This document shows, one piece after another, positions 36,222-45,879 of a DNA stretch of 58,680 nucleotides. The stretch covers positions 1-58,680 of the IMG/VR virus record IMGVR_UViG_3300034683_000215. One strand, 5' to 3'. Position 1 is the first letter of the stretch. Each line of letters opens with the position of its first letter. Origin of the DNA: a virus. Taxonomy: Duplodnaviria > Caudoviricetes. The translations under genes and the position numbers were made by a program. Below the pieces are notes generated by a model, which was given only the letters and a program-made list of their open reading frames with translations, ran no database searches and had not been told where the DNA came from.

Positions 36222-37199
36222 TTAAACAGTTTTGATTATCGCTTTAAAAATTTGATATGCAACCTGGGGGACTATGGCGTTACCGTATGCTTTTAATGAC
36301 TCTTTTCTCCATTTAGAAAAGGTAATTCCGTCCAGTCTGTCGGAAAGCCCATCATCTCCGCTACAAACCGGGGGTTGAGTTGGGAAGTTTTGCCAGGAGT
36401 CTGTGCGAAGCAATGGGCAAAGGTTGCATTCTGTAATTTCGGATTTTTCCTTACCGCGCCGCTCTTGCAGCAACTCACTACTGGCGTTGGTAGAAGCGTT
36501 TTTGCTATTACCTCCTCTAGGTTGCCCTTGTTTCTGTTGGCTAACTTTACATTGCCCACAAGGTTGGAACCATTCACTTCGTTGGCTCTCGGGGTTGGTA
36601 ATAATCGGTTGTAAATAAATCCAGTTGCAACCTCCTGTGCAAGTGTGCCGCTGTTGCCCATCCGTTGTTCCTTCTTGTTTAGATTTTCCGAAATGGCATC
36701 CATTGCGCTTGGTGTTTTTAGCAACAATCCAGACCCTATCCCTTCTGTGCGGCGCGTTGACACCTGCAGCTGGAAGTATAACCGTTTGAACCTCGTAGCC
36801 TTCATTTTCCAAATCAGAAAGCACCTGCTCGAATACCACTCCCCCTCCCGAACTAAGTAGCCCAGAAACGTTTTCGCCCACGACGAATAACGGGGAAGTT
36901 TCTCTAATTGCTCTAAGCATTTCCGGCCAGAGGTATCGGTCATCTTCATTGCCTTTTCGCTTCCCGGCAACGCTGAATGGCTGGCATGGGAATCCCCCTG
37001 TGAGGATGTCAACATTTCCTCGATGTATAGTGAAGTCTGTTTTTCTGATGTCCTCATAACTAATTGTATTAGGCCAGTAGTAATTAAGCACCTTTCGGCA
37101 GAATGGGTCTATTTCGCAGTTAAATATGTTATTCCACCCCATCCATTCGGCGGCTAAATCAAAGCCACCTATCCCGCTGAATAAACTTGCATGATTCAT
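36222..37199 (-). CDS. DNA cytosine-5 methyltransferase, alpha polypeptide
   Basis: LFSGIGG, GFPCQPFS, ENV, HRRDRVW, YGNAIVPQVA. Confidence 0.9.
   Translation of the reverse strand: MNHASLFSGIGGFDLAAEWMGWNNIFNCEIDPFCRKVLNYYWPNTISYEDIRKTDFTIHRGNVDILTGGFPCQPFSVAGKRKGNEDDRYLWPEMLRAIRETSPLFVVGENVSGLLSSGGGVVFEQVLSDLENEGYEVQTVILPAAGVNAPHRRDRVWIVAKNTKRNGCHFGKSKQEGTTDGQQRHTCTGGCNWIYLQPIITNPESQRSEWFQPCGQCKVSQQKQGQPRGGNSKNASTNASSELLQERRGKEKSEITECNLCPLLRTDSWQNFPTQPPVCSGDDGLSDRLDGITFSKWRKESLKAYGNAIVPQVAYQIFKAIIKTV
36293..37057 (-). CDS. Cytosine methyltransferase beta polypeptide (alternate frame)
   Basis: Three LL(K/P)TP repeats and motif IX-like LNPRFVAEMMGFPTDW. Confidence 0.7.
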   Translation of the reverse strand: MRTSEKQTSLYIEEMLTSSQGDSHASHSALPGSEKAMKMTDTSGRKCLEQLEKLPRYSSWAKTFLGYLVREGEWYSSRCFLIWKMKATRFKRLYFQLQVSTRRTEGIGSGLLLKTPSAMDAISENLNKKEQRMGNSGTLAQEVATGFIYNRLLPTPRANEVNGSNLVGNVKLANRNKGNLEEVIAKTLLPTPVVSCCKSGAVRKNPKLQNATFAHCFAQTPGKTSQLNPRFVAEMMGFPTDWTELPFLNGEKSH

Positions 37200-37642
37200 T
37201 AAACTATTGATTTGCTTTCTCCGGTTACAGCATTGTAATAAGCCAAAAATTTTTCGGCTTGCTCCATGTAGTAGTAAGCGTCATTTCTATCTTTAAGATA
37301 GTTCTCAATATTATCTTCTATTTGTTTAATAGTAGTGTAAATTGTAACTGGCATTTTAGTTTCCATAATATCTGACACCACATTTAGGCTATTTAAAATA
37401 GTAGCATGAGCCTTCCTGTTCGTTAAATTGGCTATCTGCTCAAGTGTTAAAGATGTATATTTAAAAGCGAAATATTGAAATATTTGACGTTTATAGCGTA
37501 TGTTATCTACCCTGGAATCAATAGAAATCATATCCAAATCAAAACCAATAATAGCCGTCAAAACGTCAACAGGAATAAGTTTCTCGCTCTTTTTAAACAC
37601 TCTCCCATTAGAAACGATTGTTGATGCGCAATGATTATTCAT
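37199..37642 (-). CDS. DnaA domain IV-like HTH protein
   Basis: RQIFQY...SLTLEQIA...R.AHATILNS. Confidence 0.7.
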   Translation of the reverse strand: MNNHCASTIVSNGRVFKKSEKLIPVDVLTAIIGFDLDMISIDSRVDNIRYKRQIFQYFAFKYTSLTLEQIANLTNRKAHATILNSLNVVSDIMETKMPVTIYTTIKQIEDNIENYLKDRNDAYYYMEQAEKFLAYYNAVTGESKSIV

Positions 37643-37653
37643 AGTCTTAAAAA

Positions 37654-38214
37654 TTAAAATGGTACTTCATCTTCCACTTGTGGTAAGTCCAACGGTTGCG
37701 TTGATTGTTTCTTATCCTCAAATGGTTTATACAAATCAAAATAATCCTCGTTAGTTAAAACAATTTCTTCATCTATGCGATGGACGCTTCTTATGTAATT
37801 CTCCCAGTAGTAGCTATATATATATCCCCCTACTGTCGGCTCTGCTCGCTCAACCTCTCGGCGCCCGATAACTGCTTTAAATTTAGGTCGAGTGGATAAA
37901 CGCTCCCTTAGATGTTCCAAAAAATGTTCATTAAGTGTCGTTGTAAACCTATCATACCAATTCTCCTTTGGGTCGTCGAGCAAAGTAGGGATATGAAATA
38001 ATTTAATCTTACCGTAAGATACCGCTTCTTTAGCGTATGGATGATATTCAGGTCTTTTCCATAGCTCGACATACAGGTATCTTTTCATTTTACCAACGCG
38101 CCACTCGCACTTGGTGCATTTTAAAACATGAACGCCGCAGGGAATAAGAGGCTTACCCCATTGCTTAGTAGGGAGAAACATCCTATTTAACGTATCTCGC
38201 CAATTAGCGTCCAT
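37654..38214 (-). CDS. Hypothetical protein with an SSB-like acidic tail
   Basis: C-terminus EDEVPF. Confidence 0.5.
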   Translation of the reverse strand: MDANWRDTLNRMFLPTKQWGKPLIPCGVHVLKCTKCEWRVGKMKRYLYVELWKRPEYHPYAKEAVSYGKIKLFHIPTLLDDPKENWYDRFTTTLNEHFLEHLRERLSTRPKFKAVIGRREVERAEPTVGGYIYSYYWENYIRSVHRIDEEIVLTNEDYFDLYKPFEDKKQSTQPLDLPQVEDEVPF

Positions 38215-38216
38215 AA

Positions 38217-38435
38217 CTACTCATTATCCTCGATTAGCTTGGTTAACGAAATGTATCCAAAACTATTCTCATATAGGCAGTTTAAATAATTGCTAACCGC
38301 CTCATCGTTTCCTTGCATCAAGAAATAATTAGCTGTTCTCGGGTCCAGCGGGAATATTTCTCCCGTCTCCGTTTCGTAGTAATGATACTTACCAGTATCT
38401 ATATACCGTCCGTCTTTAAATTTTACTATTTCCAT
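38217..38435 (-). CDS. Hypothetical protein
   Basis: ORF in the operon. Confidence 0.55.
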   Translation of the reverse strand: MEIVKFKDGRYIDTGKYHYYETETGEIFPLDPRTANYFLMQGNDEAVSNYLNCLYENSFGYISLTKLIEDNE

Positions 38436-38802
38436 TTATCTTAGCTTTAAAATGGTTAATCATTTCTTCCAACTCAGAGAGCGAAAATTTTTTTGGTTGC
38501 CTAGCCAATCTTTTAAGCTCATCAACATCAACATCGGTTACTCTAAGGTAAAACTCATAAATATCAGGTTTTCCGTCGAATAGCCTATTACACTCTCTGC
38601 ACTGAGGAAACGCGTTTTGTTCATTCCAACGTATCGAGTGGTGTCTCCTTGACAAAAAATGTCCGCAGTCTAAATCTTCCACCCGAAAAGGATGGTTGCA
38701 GGTAAAGCATCTATTCCACCCATTAACCGCTCCTCTATTTCTTATGTACTTGCTGAACACTTTGTCCAGCTCTTTCTCCAACTGGCTTCTCGACTTCTTC
38801 AT
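38416..38802 (-). CDS. NinG/Rap-like recombination endonuclease
   Basis: LDKVFSKYIR.R, CFTC, DCGHF, RWNEQN..PQCRECN. Confidence 0.85.
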   Translation of the reverse strand: MKKSRSQLEKELDKVFSKYIRNRGAVNGWNRCFTCNHPFRVEDLDCGHFLSRRHHSIRWNEQNAFPQCRECNRLFDGKPDIYEFYLRVTDVDVDELKRLARQPKKFSLSELEEMINHFKAKINGNSKI

Positions 38803-38941
38803 CTATTAAACAACCTTTACTGCGTAAATAGTTAAAATATTTCTCTGAGCTCCAAAAAATCTGATAGTCATCATCTGGTAATTTTACCCTCGCAGGTGTT
38901 GAATCTAAAACATAAAAAGTAAATCCCTTTACACTCGTCAT
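38735..38941 (-). CDS. Hypothetical protein
   Basis: Coupled ORF. Confidence 0.4.
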   Translation of the reverse strand: MTSVKGFTFYVLDSTPARVKLPDDDYQIFWSSEKYFNYLRSKGCLIDEEVEKPVGERAGQSVQQVHKK

Positions 38942-39615
38942 ACAAGCATGAAATTTATCATCTTATCGCATCTTATCCGACAAGATAAGCACTGGTTAAA
39001 ATTCGGTGAATACTCTTTCGATTCCTTATAGAGTCTTATTAATTCTTTTGCCTCGCTAAATCTAACCTTACTAGGGGCGTATATAATATCCTCAATGTGT
39101 CCGTGATAATCAACCAATCTATGGACGTAGTAAATATTACCCCTAAATTTTTCTAAATTCTTAGGCATGTCGTTAGTGTAATTGTTAAGAATATACACTG
39201 CCACATTTGCCTGATTCTGAATGCTAACATAATAGTTTCCATACGACTTCTTTATCCTGTTGCTTATCGATGAACATACTTCAAAGTTAACTCCACAAAC
39301 AAACCTACGGCCGTTAGCATTCACAACCTCGGGGAATGAATGAAAATAATTTCCTGCCCCTTCTGTTTCCAACCATACATAATTCACTCCTGCAATCCGT
39401 TTTTTTGCCTCATCGGCTGCTGCATCAATCTTCTTCTGCTCAGCCGTAGGTTTTCCAGTTTTAGTTAACTTAAACGTTTCTACGATTTCACCATCTGGTG
39501 TTGATCCGAATAATTTGGTTAAAAAATAATTCTGGCGCAACTCATCCTCATAGTCGTCGATATACGACTTACAATTAAGCTCATCTATCTTATTTGCTAA
39601 TTTGGGAATAAGCAT
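38938..39615 (-). CDS. Hypothetical protein, possible degenerate Cas4-like nuclease
   Basis: C-terminal CxxCxxxC. Confidence 0.4.
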   Translation of the reverse strand: MLIPKLANKIDELNCKSYIDDYEDELRQNYFLTKLFGSTPDGEIVETFKLTKTGKPTAEQKKIDAAADEAKKRIAGVNYVWLETEGAGNYFHSFPEVVNANGRRFVCGVNFEVCSSISNRIKKSYGNYYVSIQNQANVAVYILNNYTNDMPKNLEKFRGNIYYVHRLVDYHGHIEDIIYAPSKVRFSEAKELIRLYKESKEYSPNFNQCLSCRIRCDKMINFMLV

Positions 39616-39844
39616 CTATTGTATCGTAAAACGTTTTTAAAAACAGTTCTTTGTTTCTCGTGGCAACATAAACTCTAGTGGCATTCTCGAGGGCTACATC
39701 AGCCCAACCTCTCGGGGCTTTTTCAAGTCCAACATTGTAATGCTTCTCTACAGCCTTTAGGTAAGGGATGAGGTCATCGATAGTTGACGCTTCGATTATA
39801 TGCCCTTCGATTAGTGCCTCAACACACTTTACTATTGCTTTCAT
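39590..39844 (-). CDS. Hypothetical protein
   Basis: Coupled ORF. Confidence 0.55.
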   Translation of the reverse strand: MKAIVKCVEALIEGHIIEASTIDDLIPYLKAVEKHYNVGLEKAPRGWADVALENATRVYVATRNKELFLKTFYDTIDAYSQISK

Positions 39845-40251
39845 TCCTTAGCGAATAAAAAGTTTGCCTTCCTGCCATTAGACCTAAACAGTATAGACCC
39901 CCTGCCCGGATAAGACAATTGCGATTTGTTAACTCTTACGCTATACGGAACGAAAGGCATCAGCACATCGTAAAAAGCATCATCATCAAAAACTATCTGT
40001 ACAGCGATTATTATATTATTCTCATCGGCTCCGATTCTAATTTCCTCGTTATTGTATTCCCTTTTATAAATTCTCTCCGTACCGAAGCCCACTTTAAACG
40101 GAATAATTGTGTCTGGCTTAGCCCAGAAAATACTATCAGCTGTTTCCGCTGGTTTCCCGAATAGCCCAAAATATTTCGCTGCAATCATATTAGTTTGACT
40201 GTAAGCAGCTAGGCTAAACATCATTGTAATCAGTAATAACATTCTTTTCAT
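39841..40251 (-). CDS. Exported hypothetical protein
   Basis: Signal peptide MKRMLLLITMMFSLAAYS-Q, a Bacteroidota-style Gln after the cleavage site. Confidence 0.65.
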   Translation of the reverse strand: MKRMLLLITMMFSLAAYSQTNMIAAKYFGLFGKPAETADSIFWAKPDTIIPFKVGFGTERIYKREYNNEEIRIGADENNIIIAVQIVFDDDAFYDVLMPFVPYSVRVNKSQLSYPGRGSILFRSNGRKANFLFAKE

Positions 40252-40528
40252 GGCGCTCTTTAAATTTAGTTCTTAATTTATTTTTATAAAAATTAACTAA
40301 CTTACCGATTTCGTTTATTACAAACTTAATCTCTCTTTTGTTTTGTACGTTACGTTCGACTCCATGGTTGCCTACAATCTTAATGTTTTTATAAAAACCA
40401 ACTCGAACATAAAGTTTTTCGTTTTCGTTTTCCACATCTACGATTACTCCGTCGTATGGAACAAAGTTCAAATAGACTTCGAGCAACCGTTTCAGGTATA
40501 ACAATTTAATTTCTTGGCTCCTTTTCAT
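40214..40528 (-). CDS. Hypothetical protein
   Basis: Coupled ORF. Confidence 0.55.
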   Translation of the reverse strand: MKRSQEIKLLYLKRLLEVYLNFVPYDGVIVDVENENEKLYVRVGFYKNIKIVGNHGVERNVQNKREIKFVINEIGKLVNFYKNKLRTKFKERHEKNVITDYNDV

Positions 40529-41177
40529 AAACTCCTTCTATGTTAAAGATAGAAACAAACCTGTACTTGTTGCCGTCTAAAAACAAATGCAAATCATTCT
40601 CGAGGAATATTATAGGCTGTCTCGTAATAATCCTATCTCCCACTTTAACAGGTGCAGCTTTCTTATGCTTATGCTCAACCACCTGTCCTACATATTTAAC
40701 AATTGCTTCTTTTGCGTCAACATATTCCTCCTCATAACCAAGGGCAGACTTTTTCTTAATTACAGGTTCGCACAATACTTTCCCATTCAGCGGATAAATT
40801 TCATCCCCACGTTTTCGGACTATCAACGACGCATAGTCGAGGAGGTAATAGTAACATTTTCCGATTTCAAATAGCGTAGCAGTCATTCCTGAGTGGAAGT
40901 CAAACCACACCAAATCACCTACCTCGACTTCAATATGCGCCGTAATGTTTTCCGACAGACTTAAACCAGAGGATTTTAAAACTACCTCGCCATATCTTAT
41001 AGCATGATCGACAGGCTGATACCTTCTTTTTTCGGTATGTACGCTTTCAATATCGCCAAGCATAAGATTTCCAACTTTAAGGTATTCATCTGGGAATACC
41101 CTAATCAACACCTTCCCATTTAAAATCCTCTGGGGAAGTTTTTCTAACATTATGCTAGAACGGTAATCCGTCATCAT
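40506..41177 (-). CDS. Tandem GroES (Cpn10)-like co-chaperonin
   Basis: Two repeats: LNGKVLIR...GEVV...VEVGDLV and PLNGKVLCE...VKYVG...VKVGDRI. Confidence 0.75.
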   Translation of the reverse strand: MMTDYRSSIMLEKLPQRILNGKVLIRVFPDEYLKVGNLMLGDIESVHTEKRRYQPVDHAIRYGEVVLKSSGLSLSENITAHIEVEVGDLVWFDFHSGMTATLFEIGKCYYYLLDYASLIVRKRGDEIYPLNGKVLCEPVIKKKSALGYEEEYVDAKEAIVKYVGQVVEHKHKKAAPVKVGDRIITRQPIIFLENDLHLFLDGNKYRFVSIFNIEGVYEKEPRN

Positions 41178-41457
41178 CTTTCTTTTGGCTTGATGCTTTT
41201 TCTACTATGGTTAAATTTTCAACAACCAATGAAGTATAATATTTTTCTTTATACTCCCTACAGTTGATTTTAAAATCAACCGTTAAAACATCGCCTATTT
41301 GGGCTTCGGAAAGCAATTCTGCGTGCTGGTTCCATGCGTCAAAACAGAATAGCCTATCTTTAACGCTGATGACAAACTGGGCTACTTTCCATTGTCCGTT
41401 CTTTCCCTCGCCTGAACGAGTTTCAAGTTTTTTTGCTAGTTTTCCTTTTACTTCCAT
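41155..41457 (-). CDS. OB-fold single-stranded DNA-binding protein (DUF3127-like)
   Basis: G.....W....FVI, FDAW, INCREY..KYYTSL, DDDGLPF tail. Confidence 0.8.
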   Translation of the reverse strand: MEVKGKLAKKLETRSGEGKNGQWKVAQFVISVKDRLFCFDAWNQHAELLSEAQIGDVLTVDFKINCREYKEKYYTSLVVENLTIVEKASSQKKDDDGLPF

Positions 41458-41675
41458 ATTAACACTTTTTTAAACATTTCGGTTATTTGAAATTCATCAC
41501 TCTCTATTATTTCAACAGGATACTCATAAACTTCCCGAGGTCCTGCCACGAATATACTCTTGACTTTATACGTATAAAACTGTTCCTTTGTAGGGTCTAT
41601 TTGCACAATATCAAATATTGTCATTACTGGCGTTTTGCCAGACGGCATTTTACTGTAAGTCGCTATCGGCTTCAT
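41448..41675 (-). CDS. Hypothetical protein
   Basis: Coupled ORF. Confidence 0.5.
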   Translation of the reverse strand: MKPIATYSKMPSGKTPVMTIFDIVQIDPTKEQFYTYKVKSIFVAGPREVYEYPVEIIESDEFQITEMFKKVLIWK

Positions 41676-41847
41676 CCGTAAACGTTTTTACAAATACATC
41701 AATAAATTCTTTTTCTTCATCCGAAAGGTCGAGGCTTTTAACAAAACCAGGCTTTGAAAAATGACTTGAAATTTTCAAAAGAATGCCAACTAGCATTTGC
41801 AATTCTTCAGCCTCAAAATCTATTCGATACCTGTAATTAACAATCAT
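41650..41847 (-). CDS. Hypothetical protein
   Basis: Coupled ORF. Confidence 0.5.
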   Translation of the reverse strand: MIVNYRYRIDFEAEELQMLVGILLKISSHFSKPGFVKSLDLSDEEKEFIDVFVKTFTDEADSDLQ

Positions 41848-42194
41848 AAATTCAAATACTTTTTAATTTGTAATATTTTTTCACTGTCAGGAACGCGGCT
41901 TTCGATTATTCTAACTATCTTGATAAACGCCTTATCATCAAGCACTCTCTCAAATAGATAATAATAGTTTAGTGTTTTCATTAACGACTTCTTTTCCATC
42001 GATAATTCAGACACTTTCTGCTCTAATTTCTTTGCTTTTACTTGAGCGTTCTCCTGGACTGCACGGATAAGACCATACTTAGTGGCAACAAATCTTTCTC
42101 CATCTGGAGAAACATACGCTCCATCTCGTGGTTTTAAATCGTTATACCACGCTATATAAGCGATTGCTTTCGCTAAAAGTTCTTTGCTTTTCAT
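41844..42194 (-). CDS. Hypothetical coiled-coil protein
   Basis: Coupled ORF. Confidence 0.55.
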   Translation of the reverse strand: MKSKELLAKAIAYIAWYNDLKPRDGAYVSPDGERFVATKYGLIRAVQENAQVKAKKLEQKVSELSMEKKSLMKTLNYYYLFERVLDDKAFIKIVRIIESRVPDSEKILQIKKYLNL

Positions 42195-42778
42195 CTGAAA
42201 AGAATGCTATCTAGAGTTGCCTCATCATTATCTAATATATCGCCAAGTTCAATTGTACATGAAGCGTCTCGCTTCAATATCGCCGACGTATAAATTCCCC
42301 ACCTATCTATTGCTACAACATAAGTAATTACACCTAAGTTGTTTAAATGTTTTACCAGTGGGCCATAGTCAGTGTCAGACACAAAAAGTACAGCTACTTG
42401 GAACTCGTTGTTCATCGCTCCCCGAATTGCATCGCAGGCTAAATCAACGTCCACCCCTCTTTCCATCATATCATCATCTTTTGGATACATAGGGGTTATA
42501 GATAAATCATACCCTAGAGACCACACAACTTCCATTGACAGACGATCATACTTTATTGCATCTTCCTCCAAAGATCGAGTAGGCTTCGCCCCTACAAAGA
42601 ATTTTGCTCCGCAAAAGATTGTTTCTTCTGATGAGCCAATCCTTTCGTTTTTAATCACTTCGTCTGAAATGAATGAGACTAATTTACCAAGATTCAACCC
42701 ATGGCCAGTTTTCTTTTTTACAGCGTCAAATAAGGCCATATATACTCTGTGTTGTACGAACAATTTTATCTTTTTCAT
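42191..42778 (-). CDS. NYN/LabA (PIN-like) domain protein
   Basis: ERGVDVDLACD and LFVSDTDYGPLV...G motifs. Confidence 0.8.
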   Translation of the reverse strand: MKKIKLFVQHRVYMALFDAVKKKTGHGLNLGKLVSFISDEVIKNERIGSSEETIFCGAKFFVGAKPTRSLEEDAIKYDRLSMEVVWSLGYDLSITPMYPKDDDMMERGVDVDLACDAIRGAMNNEFQVAVLFVSDTDYGPLVKHLNNLGVITYVVAIDRWGIYTSAILKRDASCTIELGDILDNDEATLDSILFR

Positions 42779-42780
42779 TT

Positions 42781-43791
42781 TTATTCAACCATTAAAGGCA
42801 TTAAGTAAGTTTTTTTATTCCCATTCTGAAACAAAACAATCTTGTTTGAACCCCAAAAAGACATTGTAATATCATCTGCATATTCAAATACAGAAAGGAT
42901 TTCAAGCAAGTATCTTCCCGATAACCCAACATTAACATCTGCTTTAATCCCAGTGTCAATCAGACACGATACATTAAAATCGAGATCAACAGCGGATATT
43001 TTTAAGGTATCATCTGAAAAGAATTTAATGGTATGCGTGTTAGCGTTAGCGTAAACTAAAGCCTGATTAATAACAGACTTCAAATTACCAACGTTAAACT
43101 GTGCTATGGATAATGGAGATTCCTTAGGAAGCATCGCTGCAAAATTAGGATAATTACCTTCCACAAGCCTAGATTGCACTTTGACATGGTCATTGTCAAA
43201 TGTTATTGATTGATTCCCAATAGTAACCCTACCTGGGCTACTTGGGGCCAATCTAGGTAAGGAAGGGTTAATTATTACTGAAAAATTTCCGACTGGTTCA
43301 TTAATTTTCGTATGGAACAACCTATGAGCATCTGATGAATAAATACTGATACCGTCCCCACCTTCAATATAAATACCAGATAGATAAGGTCTCAACTCAT
43401 CTTTTGAAACAAAGGTAGATGCCGATTTAATGGCGTTAATAAAATCCTCATCAACATCAAACGATATTACCTCATCATCGATTAATGGGATAGGATAATC
43501 CTCGGCAGGCAGATGCGGAAGAGTAAATTTCCCAGTCTTGGTTTTGATGATTACATTCTTGTCATCTGTAATGATTTCATAATCAGAATCTCCCAACACG
43601 GAGATTGTTTTATTAAACCTGCCGTACTCGACGCATACAGGATTAAATGCAAATGGAGCTTTAACCGTTATATGCGTCTCGAGGTCTGTTCCCTCGATTT
43701 TTTCTGCGCCTATAACCACATACTCAAGTATAGGTATAGGGGACTTTTTAATTAGCCCAGAAAAGGGCTTTAATAGGTCTTTAATGTTCAT
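42781..43791 (-). CDS. dnaN: DNA polymerase III beta sliding clamp
   Basis: PIPILE, GTDLE, AEDYP, RPYLSGI, SDAHRL, SRLVEGNYPNF, LMPL. Confidence 0.9.
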   Translation of the reverse strand: MNIKDLLKPFSGLIKKSPIPILEYVVIGAEKIEGTDLETHITVKAPFAFNPVCVEYGRFNKTISVLGDSDYEIITDDKNVIIKTKTGKFTLPHLPAEDYPIPLIDDEVISFDVDEDFINAIKSASTFVSKDELRPYLSGIYIEGGDGISIYSSDAHRLFHTKINEPVGNFSVIINPSLPRLAPSSPGRVTIGNQSITFDNDHVKVQSRLVEGNYPNFAAMLPKESPLSIAQFNVGNLKSVINQALVYANANTHTIKFFSDDTLKISAVDLDFNVSCLIDTGIKADVNVGLSGRYLLEILSVFEYADDITMSFWGSNKIVLFQNGNKKTYLMPLMVE

Positions 43792-43868
43792 AGATTTTAT
43801 TTTTTTTAAAATAACATTGCAAAGATACGAATAATTTTTAACAATTCCAAATTTTTTAACAGAAAAGA

Positions 43869-44282
43869 TTAAGAAATATTTATCTCCACTATATTCCTTT
43901 TATATTTATTTACCTTATTTTTATACTTAATTGTGGCAGTTTTTTTATGCCCTTTTGGGCCGCCATTCCATATCCTTACATCGTTGCCATAAATATCCAA
44001 ATAACGCTTAAAAACCGTTATAGCTTTTAATGGATTATACATTTCTTCAAGTTTATAATTAGTGCCATAATAATAGTTTATATCATCTATAACGCACTGC
44101 CTAACTTGAAGAAGTCCAACGGCGTTTTCCGCAGGGTTGTATGCTTTCATGTCCCCCGCTGATTCTACCATTACGACTCCCCACAATATGGATAAAAATT
44201 CATCATGGTTTATCTCATATGAAAATCCAGGAGCGTAACATTTAATAGGAATGAACAATGCAAAAAAGAGTAACTTTCTCAT
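43869..44282 (-). CDS. Lytic transglycosylase / lysozyme-like exported protein
   Basis: Signal-like N-terminus, VES.G...AYN, AVGLLQV, WNGGP. Confidence 0.75.
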   Translation of the reverse strand: MRKLLFFALFIPIKCYAPGFSYEINHDEFLSILWGVVMVESAGDMKAYNPAENAVGLLQVRQCVIDDINYYYGTNYKLEEMYNPLKAITVFKRYLDIYGNDVRIWNGGPKGHKKTATIKYKNKVNKYKRNIVEINIS

Positions 44283-44544
44283 AATTAATTTTTTTTGTTA
44301 TCGGCAAAAATAGCATTTTAAATTTTAACGGCACAAATGTACGAAAAAATTTTGAGAAATCCAATTTTTTTTAAGCAAAAAAATACCATGCCTCTAATTT
44401 TGCATTTTAAGGTATCAAATTTCAACGTTCTTCGTTCGGGAGTACAAATATACCACTTAGGGGTAGAACGCTTAAATATGAGCCTAAAAATGCCCTTAAA
44501 TGGCTTTCTATTAATCGAGATTAAATCGAGTTGAGTTATGATTA

Positions 44545-44975
44545 ACTTTTTTGGGGGGGGACTATAGGGGGGGGTATAGTAAGTAATATTAGTTATTCTA
44601 TATCGATTCTTATAGTATATCTAGTATGTATTAAACATCTTTTAGCATTCCTTACATTCTGTTAGTTTACTTATATTGGTTTATCTATAATACTATTCTT
44701 TTAGTAAGTAATAATGGTTATAAATATAGTTTAAGCCGCTTGTGTTATTTAGTATATTATAGTAAATACTATTGGTTATACTAAGTAATAGTGGTTTATC
44801 TATATACTAACATATATGTTTTATACATAAACATTCTTTGTATATATTATATATAAGCATTGTTCTATATTATATATTATATATTATATATATATATTAT
44901 ATATTATTATATATAGTATATTATATATAAGTAAGTAAAGTAATTAGTATATAAGGGGGGTATGGGGGGGAAATT
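44545..44975. other. AT-rich non-coding region, candidate replication origin
   Basis: TATATTA tandem repeats and very high AT content, bounded by G-runs (GGGGGGGGACTATAGGGGGGG and AAGGGGGTATGGGGGG). Confidence 0.5.
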
Positions 44976-45873
44976 ATCTGAGCAAGTTTTTCTTTGTGAG
45001 CTTTTTGATGTTGTTGTGTCGTCCTCTAGAAACATGTCCGCAATCTTTGCATCTGTAAGAGCTGTAAACGCCAGCAGGTGTAAAATATTCGCCAATTTCT
45101 TTTACATTGTAAGAACCACATCTGGGGCATGCTGAATCTATTGCTTCTGTTAAAATAGCCATATTTGGGTGGGTTTTTATCCAAGGTCTTATTTCCACGT
45201 ATGCTTCTTCAAGAAGTCTAACATCGTTATCGCAATATTCTGCCATATAGGTTAGAGCTTCTTCATCTCCTTTGATACATTTCTCCCAAAGTTCAATGTC
45301 GGTTTGTATTTTTTCTTTATTGAACATTAGTTGAGAAACATAGTTTAGACTTGAACGAGTAAAAGCGAATCGGCTTTTGACGGTTTTATATAAATCAATT
45401 GAAGCAAAATTTTTAGGCGGTGGCATTTTATGTAGTAGAAATCTGGTGTTCAATCTTTTAATATCAAATTTATCTCCGTTATAAGTTACAATGGCATCAG
45501 CCTGGTTTATTAAATTATAAATTTCTTCTGCTATTCTTTTGTCATCTTCATTAATAGCCTCATCAGGTGTTTGCACGGCTGAAAAAATTTCTGGCTCAAA
45601 AAGCCATTTAGCAGACCAACATATCATATGCCATTCCCGTAAAATTTTATCCGTGCTAAATACAGGCTGAAAAATATTAAAAGCCATACAAACCATAGGG
45701 GATATTTCAATATCAAGCAAAAGAATCTTAGGAATCCTGAATTTAATTTCTTTTGCGAAATTTATATATCTAACCAACGATGCTGGTCGTAGATTGTAAT
45801 GTACTAGAGTTGCATTAAAACCGTGTATCTCGAGATATTCCATGATCTCGATTAGTTTACTATCGCTAATCAT
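44974..45873 (-). CDS. DEDD / RNase H-like 3'-5' exonuclease with a zinc ribbon
   Basis: LLDIE, TYNGDKFD, SIDLY, YCDNDV, CPRC...CKDC. Confidence 0.8.
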   Translation of the reverse strand: MISDSKLIEIMEYLEIHGFNATLVHYNLRPASLVRYINFAKEIKFRIPKILLLDIEISPMVCMAFNIFQPVFSTDKILREWHMICWSAKWLFEPEIFSAVQTPDEAINEDDKRIAEEIYNLINQADAIVTYNGDKFDIKRLNTRFLLHKMPPPKNFASIDLYKTVKSRFAFTRSSLNYVSQLMFNKEKIQTDIELWEKCIKGDEEALTYMAEYCDNDVRLLEEAYVEIRPWIKTHPNMAILTEAIDSACPRCGSYNVKEIGEYFTPAGVYSSYRCKDCGHVSRGRHNNIKKLTKKNLLR

Positions 45874-45879
45874 GGTTAT

